Source: a virus (lineage: Duplodnaviria; Caudoviricetes). From it: a stretch of 25,557 bases of DNA. Within the stretch, counting starts at the first letter, position 1. Every line of letters starts with the position of its first letter. The position numbers and the translations under genes were made by a program. The DNA is taken from positions 1-25,557 of the IMG/VR virus record IMGVR_UViG_3300045280_000043; one strand, written 5' to 3'. Below, piece after piece: positions 6,842 to 14,250 of the stretch. The notes below the pieces were generated by a model. It had not been told where the DNA came from. It ran no database searches and saw only the letters and a list, made by a program, of their open reading frames with translations.

Positions 6842-7815
6842 CCGCCCCGTACTTCGCCGACGACCAGGTCACGCTCTGGCACGGCGACGCACTCGCAGTG
6901 CTCCGCGACATGCCGGCTGCCTCGGTCGACTGCGTCGTGACGAGCCCGCCGTACTTCGGGCTCCGGGACTACGGCGTCGCCGGCCAGCTCGGTGCCGAGG
7001 AGACGCCGGCGCAGTACGTGGCCGCGCTGCTCGCCGTGCTTACCGAGGTGCACCGGGTGCTCACCGACGACGGCACGCTCTGGCTGAACCTCGGCGACAC
7101 CTACGCGGGCCGGGCGAACGCTGGGCGCGCGTTCACGAAGAACCGCGGCCGCAACGTGCAGCGGGTCGGGTACCCGGAGCAGCGGAACATGACCGCGCAC
7201 GCTCCGTACAAGTCGCTGCTCGGCATGCCCTGGCGCACCGCCCTCGCTCTGATCGATGCCGGGTGGGTGCTGCGGAACGAGGTCATCTGGGCCAAGCCGA
7301 ACGGCATGCCCGAGTCGGTCCCGGACCGCCTGGCGGCGAAGCACGAGCACGTGTTCCTGCTGACGAAGGGTCCGACCTACTGGTTCGACCTCGACGCGAT
7401 CAAGGTCCCGACCACGGGCGCGGTCCCCGGGAACTCCCCGCAGGCCCTCGCCCGGTACGGCGAGGCCGCCGTCGGCGAGGCCGGCCGGCGGTTCGGCGGC
7501 AACCCGGGCAGCACGCTCCTCGACCCGCATGACACCCGCAACCCCGGCGACGTCTGGACGATCCCGACACAGCCCTTCCCCGGGGCGCACTTCGCTGCGA
7601 TGCCGCTCGCGCTGGCCGAGCGGTGCGTGCAGGCGGGCTGCCGCCCCGGCGGCGTCGTGCTGGACCCGTTCTCTGGCTCCGGCACTACCGGTCTCGCAGC
7701 GGCACGCCACGGCCGCCGCTACGTCGGCATCGACCTGAACGCGGACTACCTCGACCTGTCGCTCCGGACCCGCCTGCGCGACCGGACGCTCGACTTCGGG
7801 GAGGCGTCCGCGTGA
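6838..7815 (+). CDS. DNA amino-methyltransferase, beta class (SPPY suggests N4-cytosine), orphan
   Basis: Catalytic motif VTSPPY precedes SAM-binding VLDPFSGSGTT; also GTLWLNLGDTY and HFAAMP. Confidence 0.93.
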   Translation: MTAPYFADDQVTLWHGDALAVLRDMPAASVDCVVTSPPYFGLRDYGVAGQLGAEETPAQYVAALLAVLTEVHRVLTDDGTLWLNLGDTYAGRANAGRAFTKNRGRNVQRVGYPEQRNMTAHAPYKSLLGMPWRTALALIDAGWVLRNEVIWAKPNGMPESVPDRLAAKHEHVFLLTKGPTYWFDLDAIKVPTTGAVPGNSPQALARYGEAAVGEAGRRFGGNPGSTLLDPHDTRNPGDVWTIPTQPFPGAHFAAMPLALAERCVQAGCRPGGVVLDPFSGSGTTGLAAARHGRRYVGIDLNADYLDLSLRTRLRDRTLDFGEASA

Positions 7816-8057
7816 CCGCCCTCCTGCCCGTGGGCCTCGACCCGCGCACCGTCGCACCGCTGCTGGACCTGCCCGGCCTGCTGCTCGCCCCGACCGGCGG
7901 CCCCGAGCACCAGCTCGCCCGCGTCGAGTCGTTCCCTGCAGCCGAGCCCGGCGCCGCGGACCTCGACCTCATCCGCTGCCGCTGCGCCGCCCTGCTGACC
8001 CCCGCGGCGTTCGAGTTGCACCGCGACGACCTCCACCCCGACGACGAGGAGCACTGA
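7812..8057 (+). CDS. Hypothetical phage protein
   Basis: GGGGAGG SD, GTGA coupling, CxC…H motif. Confidence 0.55.
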   Translation: MTALLPVGLDPRTVAPLLDLPGLLLAPTGGPEHQLARVESFPAAEPGAADLDLIRCRCAALLTPAAFELHRDDLHPDDEEH

Positions 8058-8060
8058 CCC

Positions 8061-8834
8061 ATGACCGCACCCCTGGTGTTCATCGACACCGAGACGACCT
8101 CCCTCGCGACCGACCGCCGCGCCTGGGAGATCGCGATGATCCGCGTCGAGCCCGACGACGTCGACCGCGTCGGTCGCGGCATCACCCTGTACGTCTCCGA
8201 CGTCGACCTCAGCCGCGCCGACGCCCAGGCCCTCGCGATCGGCCGCTTCTACGAGCGGCACCCCCGCTACGCGGACACCCCGAAGGACCCTCGGGTCCCG
8301 ATGCGAACCCCGGCGCTCGCGGCCGCGCGGCACGAGCGCTCGGTCGTCACGGCCCCCGAGCGGGAGGTCGCCCGGCTGGTCGAGCGGTGGACCCGCGGCG
8401 CGATCGTGATCGGCTCGAACCCCGGGTTCGACACGGGGGTCCTCGCGCCGATGCTCCGCCACCACGGGCTGACCCCGGCGTGGCACTACCGCCCGATCGA
8501 CGTCGCGACGCTCGCGGCCGGGTTCCTGTACGGCCGGTTCGGCGAGGTGCCGTTCGACGGCCCAAGCGTCCTGCCGGCGACGACCGTCGACGCGACGACC
8601 TACGCCGACGCCCGGCCGGTGCTCGAGGTCGTGCAGCCCTGGCAGCTCGACACCCCGTGGTCCTCCGAGGCGCTATCCCGCGCGGTCGGTCTCCCGCCGG
8701 CGCCGGAGTCCGAGCGGCACACCGCCATGGGCGACGCCCGGTGGGTGCAGCGCCTGTACAACCTGATCACGCTCGGCCGGGTCATCCCGGCCCTGCCGGC
8801 CGCTGAGGCCGAGCCCGTCGGCGGTGCGGCATGA
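8061..8834 (+). CDS. DEDDh/DnaQ-like 3'-5' exonuclease
   Basis: ExoI VFIDTETT, ExoII GSNPGFD, ExoIII HTAMGDA. Confidence 0.88.
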   Translation: MTAPLVFIDTETTSLATDRRAWEIAMIRVEPDDVDRVGRGITLYVSDVDLSRADAQALAIGRFYERHPRYADTPKDPRVPMRTPALAAARHERSVVTAPEREVARLVERWTRGAIVIGSNPGFDTGVLAPMLRHHGLTPAWHYRPIDVATLAAGFLYGRFGEVPFDGPSVLPATTVDATTYADARPVLEVVQPWQLDTPWSSEALSRAVGLPPAPESERHTAMGDARWVQRLYNLITLGRVIPALPAAEAEPVGGAA

Positions 8835-9136
8835 GCGCCGGCGGCACGATCGAGGTCCCGGTCTACCTGCAGGTCGAGCCCCGCGACCGCGGGTACAACT
8901 TCGAGACGGGGCGCCACGACGGCCCCGCACGGTCGGCCGCCGTCGTCGCCACGACGGCGAAGCGGCCCATGAAGCCCCGGGCCGGCACGGTCACGGTGAA
9001 GGTGACCCTCCGCATCCCCGCAGCGGCGTTCGAGCCACTGCGCCCCGAGGCGGTCGTCGTCATCCCGACCGACCTCACCGACCCGCACCCGGTCGAGGTC
9101 GAGGCGCAGGACGCCACGGACGGCGGTGCGGCGTGA
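8831..9136 (+). CDS. Hypothetical phage protein
   Basis: ATGA/GTGA coupling; 101 aa. Confidence 0.7.
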   Translation: MSAGGTIEVPVYLQVEPRDRGYNFETGRHDGPARSAAVVATTAKRPMKPRAGTVTVKVTLRIPAAAFEPLRPEAVVVIPTDLTDPHPVEVEAQDATDGGAA

Positions 9137-10005
9137 CCGCCCCGGCGACGGTGTGCACCCGCAAGCCCGGCTCGGTGCGCACGTCGTGCCGCTGCGCCCC
9201 GTGCCTGCGGCTGCGCGCCCGGATGTACAACCTCGCTCAGCTCGGCCGCCTGTCGGGCTCGCCGTCCCGGGAGGCGTGGAAGGTCCTCGTCGACCGGGTC
9301 TCCCGCGGCTGGTCCGCTGGCGCGATCGCGTCGGCCGCCGGCGTGCCGGCGCAGACCATCTACGGCCAGCTCGAGCGGTACGCCGCGACCGGTCACCAGG
9401 GGCCCCTGCACCACCAGACCGCCCGCGCCATCCTGACCATGGGCCGCCCGACCGAGGGCTTCGTCGGCACGCTCGGCGCGACGAGACGGCTGCAGGCGCT
9501 CGCGGCGGCAGGCTGGCCGATCGAGCCGCTGACCCGCCCGGGTCTGGCGACGGTGACCCTGTACGAGGTTCGCGCTGGTCGCCGTCCGACCGTGACGGTC
9601 GCGGTCCACGATGCGGTCGCGGACCTGTACGACGCGCTGGCGATGCGGCCGGGGCCGTCGGAACTCGCGCGCCGCCGGGCGCTCGCCGCCGGGTGGGCGC
9701 CTCCGATGGCGTGGGACGACGACGCCATGGACGACCCGGCCGCGGTTCCGCAGGGCATCGACGGCGCGACCGCTGACGGCGTGGACGAGCTCGCCGTCCA
9801 GCGGGCGGTCGACGGGATCCGCACCGACCTCACGCCGACCGAGCGGGATCTGGCGCTGCCCCGCATGGCGTCCGCCGGGATGTCCGACCCGGCGATCGCT
9901 CGCGTGCTCGGGATCAACGCCGAGACCGTCTACCGCAACCGGAGCCGCCTCGGCGTGCCGACCGCAGTGCCGTCGCCCACCGCCCGGACCCGGAGGGCGT
10001 CGTGA
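9133..10005 (+). CDS. Multi-HTH DNA-binding protein with N-terminal Cys cluster
   Basis: CRCAPC; GWSAGAIASAAGV; GATRRLQALAAAGW; GWAPPMAWDD; C-terminal GMSDPAIARVLGINAETVYRNR HTH. Confidence 0.75.
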   Translation: MTAPATVCTRKPGSVRTSCRCAPCLRLRARMYNLAQLGRLSGSPSREAWKVLVDRVSRGWSAGAIASAAGVPAQTIYGQLERYAATGHQGPLHHQTARAILTMGRPTEGFVGTLGATRRLQALAAAGWPIEPLTRPGLATVTLYEVRAGRRPTVTVAVHDAVADLYDALAMRPGPSELARRRALAAGWAPPMAWDDDAMDDPAAVPQGIDGATADGVDELAVQRAVDGIRTDLTPTERDLALPRMASAGMSDPAIARVLGINAETVYRNRSRLGVPTAVPSPTARTRRAS

Positions 10006-10172
10006 TCTTCGACGAGCCGATCCCGGTCGAGTGCGGGAAGTGCGCGCCGTCCACGGCGACCGGCGCCCGCCCGAAGTTCACCGACACCCCCGACGGCCGC
10101 CGCGCCCACGCGAGGGTCTTCGGCCACATGCCGGACCACGTCCACCACGACCCGAACGGAGCGACCCGGTGA
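10002..10172 (+). CDS. Small hypothetical protein (CxxC…HxxxxxH; not in the ORF track)
   Basis: GGAGG SD, GTGA coupling at both ends, 56 aa. Confidence 0.55.
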   Translation: MIFDEPIPVECGKCAPSTATGARPKFTDTPDGRRAHARVFGHMPDHVHHDPNGATR

Positions 10173-10462
10173 TCGGACACGACCTCGCGCCGATGGAGGC
10201 CTACGGCCGCCGCCTGTTCGGCATCGACACCCCCGACGACGAGCCGGCGACGACCCACACCTTGACCGTCCTCCTGCACGTGGACCTCACCGCGTTCGAG
10301 CGGGCCCTGGACGACGTCGCCCACGCGGCCGCCGTGGCCGGCCGCTCGTTCGCCCGGCTGGACCGTCGCCTGCGCCGCCACCGCACGCACGTCCACGAGA
10401 CGCCCGAGCGCTCGCGGATGCATGCCGCGTACCGCGCGAAGACCCGCCGGCGGCACCGGTGA
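10169..10462 (+). CDS. Hypothetical phage protein
   Basis: GTGA coupling; basic C-terminus. Confidence 0.6.
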   Translation: MIGHDLAPMEAYGRRLFGIDTPDDEPATTHTLTVLLHVDLTAFERALDDVAHAAAVAGRSFARLDRRLRRHRTHVHETPERSRMHAAYRAKTRRRHR

Positions 10463-10568
10463 CCGCCGCGCCGTCGCCCCTGCGCTGGTCGTGCTCGCAC
10501 CCGGGCTGCAGCGCGACGAGCCCCCTGCACACCCACACCCCGCGCCCGACCCCGAACAGGAGCCCCCG

Positions 10569-11051
10569 ATGCGAGTCCTGACCGTCCGCCAGCCCTGGGC
10601 GTGGGCGATCATCCACGCCGGCAAGGACGTCGAGAACCGGATCCAGACGCTCGGGCCCTACCGCGGTCCCGTGGCCATCCACGCGGGCCTCGGCGAGGTC
10701 GACCGGAACAACGACGCCAGCCGCGCACTCCGAGCCGCGCACGGCACCGAGACGCCGACGCAACTCCACTTCGGCGCGGTGATCGGCGTCATCGACCTCA
10801 CCGACGTGCACCACGACAACACGGTGCGAGGAGCGAGCCTGCACTGCTGCTCGGACAGCGACTGGCACGGGCGTGACCCGCGCTGCCCCGGCATGTGCTC
10901 GCCGTGGGCGATGGCCGACCACCACCACCTCGTGCTCGCGAACCCGCGTCCGCTCGCGCGCCCGATCCCTCACCGCGGCGGCCTCGGCCTCCGCCGTGCG
11001 CCGGCCGACCTCGTCGCCGCGATCACCGAGCAGCTCGGGGCGGTGGCGTGA
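10569..11051 (+). CDS. ASCH domain protein
   Basis: LTVRQPWAWAIIHAGKDVENR…YRGPVAIHAG…GAVIGVIDL…LANPRPL…RGGLGL; AGGAG SD. Confidence 0.9.
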   Translation: MRVLTVRQPWAWAIIHAGKDVENRIQTLGPYRGPVAIHAGLGEVDRNNDASRALRAAHGTETPTQLHFGAVIGVIDLTDVHHDNTVRGASLHCCSDSDWHGRDPRCPGMCSPWAMADHHHLVLANPRPLARPIPHRGGLGLRRAPADLVAAITEQLGAVA

Positions 11052-11530
11052 TGGCCTTGGTGGAGACCCTGAGCCGCAGCACGCCCGTGGCGCGCACCGA
11101 GCACCCGTGCTCGATGTGCGGCCGCACGATCCGCCCGGGCGAGCGCTACCACCGCTCGTCCCACGTCAACGACGGACACGCGTACACCTGGCGCAACTGC
11201 GCGCACTGCGAGGTGCTCTCGGAGCTGCTGTGGTGGCTCGACGTCCCGGACCAGGACTACGGCCTCGGCGCGGACGACGTCGGTGAGTGGGAGCCGGAGA
11301 CCGTCACCCACCTTCGCCTCAAGGCGCTGTGGAACCGCGGCTGGACCCGCGAGGACGGCGCCCTGCACCCGGTCCCGAGGATCGTGCGGTGCCGCGTGTT
11401 CCACCCCTGGCGCGAGATCCCGAGCTGGTTCCAGTGGCACCTGGACCAGGGCGCCGACGTGAGCCACTGGGTGCGTGGCACGTGGTCGCGCCCGGTGCTC
11501 GCCGTCATCTTCGACGAGGCGAGCGCCTGA
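11051..11530 (+). CDS. Hypothetical Zn-finger protein
   Basis: ARTEHPCSMCGRTIRPGERY…CAHC; TGATG coupling. Confidence 0.7.
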   Translation: MALVETLSRSTPVARTEHPCSMCGRTIRPGERYHRSSHVNDGHAYTWRNCAHCEVLSELLWWLDVPDQDYGLGADDVGEWEPETVTHLRLKALWNRGWTREDGALHPVPRIVRCRVFHPWREIPSWFQWHLDQGADVSHWVRGTWSRPVLAVIFDEASA

Positions 11531-11757
11531 TGGCCGGCGACCCGACCCTCGCGCACGCCTACGCCGAGGCGCTGCGCCTGTACGCGAAGGACGTCACGAC
11601 GATGGCGCTCGCGGCCGAGTGCGGCACCCGCGACGACCACGCCCGGGCGGCGCTGCGGACGACGGCGACGTGGCAGAACGAGGTCGAGCCGGCCCGCCGC
11701 GCGTGGGAGGTCACGGTCCCGGTCGACTACGAGATCAGCAAGGACCGTGAGGGCTGA
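11530..11757 (+). CDS. Hypothetical phage protein
   Basis: TGATG coupling at both ends. Confidence 0.6.
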   Translation: MAGDPTLAHAYAEALRLYAKDVTTMALAAECGTRDDHARAALRTTATWQNEVEPARRAWEVTVPVDYEISKDREG

Positions 11758-12167
11758 TGGCCGCGAGCGAGAACCGCGCCGCGGCGTTCCACCCGGGGTC
11801 TGGCCCGGGCGGCGCCCTGACGACCGCCGAGTACGCCGCGGTCCAGGCCGCCGGGATGCGCGAGGCCGACCTGCAGACCCGGGTCCTGGGCCACGCCCGA
11901 GCCCTGGGCTGGCTGGCGTACCACACGCACGACTCCCGGCGCTCGCAGCCGGGGTTCCCGGACCTGGTGCTCGTGAGCGAGCGCCGGGGCCGGGTGATGT
12001 TCCGCGAGCTGAAGACCGAGCGCGGGCGGCTGTCCGACGACCAGCGGACGTGGCTGCGGGCCCTGACCGCCGCCGGGATCGATGCCGCGGTCTGGCGCCC
12101 GGCTGACCTGCTCGCGGGGCGCGTCCTGCACGAGCTCACTCACGACACGAAGGAGTACCGAGCATGA
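11757..12167 (+). CDS. VRR-NUC domain nuclease (putative Holliday junction resolvase)
   Basis: EADLQ…GFPDLVLV…FRELKTERGRLSDDQRTW PD-(D/E)xK pattern. Confidence 0.88.
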   Translation: MAASENRAAAFHPGSGPGGALTTAEYAAVQAAGMREADLQTRVLGHARALGWLAYHTHDSRRSQPGFPDLVLVSERRGRVMFRELKTERGRLSDDQRTWLRALTAAGIDAAVWRPADLLAGRVLHELTHDTKEYRA

Positions 12168-12514
12168 GGACCGAGCACCCGAACCCGCCGCTTCCCCCGC
12201 TGACCGCCGAGGACTTCGACAGCGGCGCGGGCTACACGTTCCGCGGCGTGCCGATCGTCGAGGACGAGGACGGCAACTGGGTCTACGCCTACGGGCACGT
12301 CGACCCGGCGACGTTCGCCGGCGCCGTGAACGACTACGACGGTGAGGTCGCCGGCTGCCTCGACCCGGACGACCTGTGCGGCGCCGACGCCGTCGAGCAC
12401 TGCCACGCCATCACCCTCATCGGGCCGGACGAGCCCGACGGCTGGTGGATTACGTGGGGCGACGTGACCGCCGAGACCCCCGGCTCCTTCCCGATCACGG
12501 TGGTGTCCCGATGA
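12164..12514 (+). CDS. Hypothetical phage protein
   Basis: AAGGAG SD, ATGA coupling; acidic. Confidence 0.7.
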   Translation: MRTEHPNPPLPPLTAEDFDSGAGYTFRGVPIVEDEDGNWVYAYGHVDPATFAGAVNDYDGEVAGCLDPDDLCGADAVEHCHAITLIGPDEPDGWWITWGDVTAETPGSFPITVVSR

Positions 12515-13071
12515 CCGGCTCCGTGTCCTGGCAGCAGGAGTTCGCCGACCTCGCGGACGTGACGCTGCGGCACCCGCTGGTGGTCGACGTGATGGCCGAG
12601 CTCCGCGACAACCTCGGCGTGAGCGAGACCGGCCTGCCGGCCTACGGCATCGCGAAGGTCGCGCACTACGCGGCGCAGGTCGCCCGGGCTCAGGCGCTGG
12701 GCATCGACCCCGACCGGCTCCGCATGGGCGTCGACACGCTCACGGAGGACCCCGGCGGCGAGGTGTTCCGCCTTCACGTGGCCGTGCGCAGCGGTGGCGC
12801 CTCCTGGGGTGACTGGCGGTACTTCGAGGACCGCGACGAGCTGCGCATCGCGGTGCTCGAGGCTCACCTCGACGCGCTGGCGGTGGGTGAGCAGTCGCGC
12901 CGTGGCGGCCTCGTGACGCGCCTGGCCGCGCGGTGGCGCCGCGATCGCCCGACCGACCGGCACGTGCACCGGGTGTTCGCCGTCGAGCGGCACACCGACG
13001 CTGGCTGGGTCCCGGTTACGGTCCACGTGATCGAGCCGGCCGTACTGCTCGCCCCGGCGGTGGCCCGATGA
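12511..13071 (+). CDS. Hypothetical phage protein
   Basis: ATGA coupling at both ends. Confidence 0.65.
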   Translation: MTGSVSWQQEFADLADVTLRHPLVVDVMAELRDNLGVSETGLPAYGIAKVAHYAAQVARAQALGIDPDRLRMGVDTLTEDPGGEVFRLHVAVRSGGASWGDWRYFEDRDELRIAVLEAHLDALAVGEQSRRGGLVTRLAARWRRDRPTDRHVHRVFAVERHTDAGWVPVTVHVIEPAVLLAPAVAR

Positions 13072-13499
13072 CCGAGGACAGCGAGCGACTGGCCCGGGAC
13101 CTCTGGGACGCGGACGTGGACGCCTGCCTGACCGACATCGAGGAGGCCGGCCACACCGTCGAGCACGACGAGGACGGGCAGCCGGTCGAGTGCGTGGACG
13201 CGTGCCCCGCCTGCGCCGCGGGACGCCTCCGCGGGCTCCTCGCGGGCCGCGAGGAGCCGACCCCGCCCGCCCCGACGATCCGCGACGCGGTGGAGGCCTG
13301 GTACACCGACGGCTTCGAGGGCCAGGCGGTCCTCACCGGCTGGTACCTGATTGCCCACGGCACGGGCTTCGCCGGCGACGGCGGGAAGCTCGCGCACATC
13401 GCCCAGGACTGGGGCGACACGGACATCGTCGCCCAGATCGGCCTCACCGAGTACGCGCGCCAGCGGGTGCTCGACCGGATGCGGGAGGAGACTCGATGA
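13068..13499 (+). CDS. Hypothetical phage protein
   Basis: ATGA coupling; CxxxCxxC followed by an AVLTGWYLIAHG…QIGL domain. Confidence 0.65.
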   Translation: MTEDSERLARDLWDADVDACLTDIEEAGHTVEHDEDGQPVECVDACPACAAGRLRGLLAGREEPTPPAPTIRDAVEAWYTDGFEGQAVLTGWYLIAHGTGFAGDGGKLAHIAQDWGDTDIVAQIGLTEYARQRVLDRMREETR

Positions 13500-14125
13500 C
13501 CGCCGACGGCACGCCCACCCCGCGCACGGGCGAGACCATCACTGTGCCGCGGCCGCACGTCCCGACCGGCCCGAAGGACGTCGACCGCGACATCGCGGAC
13601 GTCGCGTACCTGCGCTCGGCCGTGCGCAACATCGAGTACGCCGCGAGCCATGGTCGCAGCCTGTGGGGCTCGGGCGTCACCATGATGCTGATCCGACTGC
13701 TCACCGACGCTGCTGACGCGATCACGGGCCTGGACGCCCCGCCGCCGGCCACGACGGACAAGGCGCTGTGCGCGCGGTGCGCGGTCGGCGTCGACGCGGA
13801 GCGGGTCGCCGAGGTGACCGCGGTCCTGTCCGCCGCCACGCAGCTCGTCCTGGTGAGCGCGATGCGCCCCGAGGAGGCCATCCGGTCGACCGTGGCCGCC
13901 CTCGCTGTCATGTCAGGGGCGCACAAGGCGGCTGCCTTGTACGACGCCGCACAAGGCCGCGACCTGGTCCGCGAGCGCCTCGCCACCGCCGAGGAGCTGC
14001 GCCAGGACATCGGCCGCATCTCGGCCCGGAGCGCTGACGGCGTGCCGACCTCGGCTCTGGCCGTGGCGCTCGCGGACGCGGGCTGGGTGAAGGTCCCGCT
14101 CGCTGAGACCTCCGGGGGGAGGTGA
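13496..14125 (+). CDS. Hypothetical phage protein
   Basis: GGAGGAG SD, ATGA coupling. Confidence 0.65.
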   Translation: MTADGTPTPRTGETITVPRPHVPTGPKDVDRDIADVAYLRSAVRNIEYAASHGRSLWGSGVTMMLIRLLTDAADAITGLDAPPPATTDKALCARCAVGVDAERVAEVTAVLSAATQLVLVSAMRPEEAIRSTVAALAVMSGAHKAAALYDAAQGRDLVRERLATAEELRQDIGRISARSADGVPTSALAVALADAGWVKVPLAETSGGR

Positions 14126-14235
14126 GCGAGATGCCCAAGGACGAGACGAGCGACCGCCCGCGGGGCCCGCAGCGGTGCGGGTCGTGCGACGGCGTGATCA
14201 ACCTGGCGACCGGCGAGTGCCGGTGCTCCGACTGA
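14122..14235 (+). CDS. Very small Cys-rich protein (37 aa, CxxC…CxC)
   Basis: GTGA coupling; RCGSCDGVINLATGECRCSD. Confidence 0.5.
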   Translation: MSEMPKDETSDRPRGPQRCGSCDGVINLATGECRCSD

Positions 14236-14250
14236 ACGGAAGGTGTGCCG

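Noticed and set aside
10459-10581. Possible ~40-codon coupled ORF before the ASCH gene
   Set aside because: It has a GTGA overlap, but no clear SD and a low-complexity product; not enough support.
6838-12167. Methyltransferase plus VRR-NUC as a restriction-modification pair
   Set aside because: They are 4 kb apart, and stand-alone VRR-NUC is a common phage resolvase-type nuclease.
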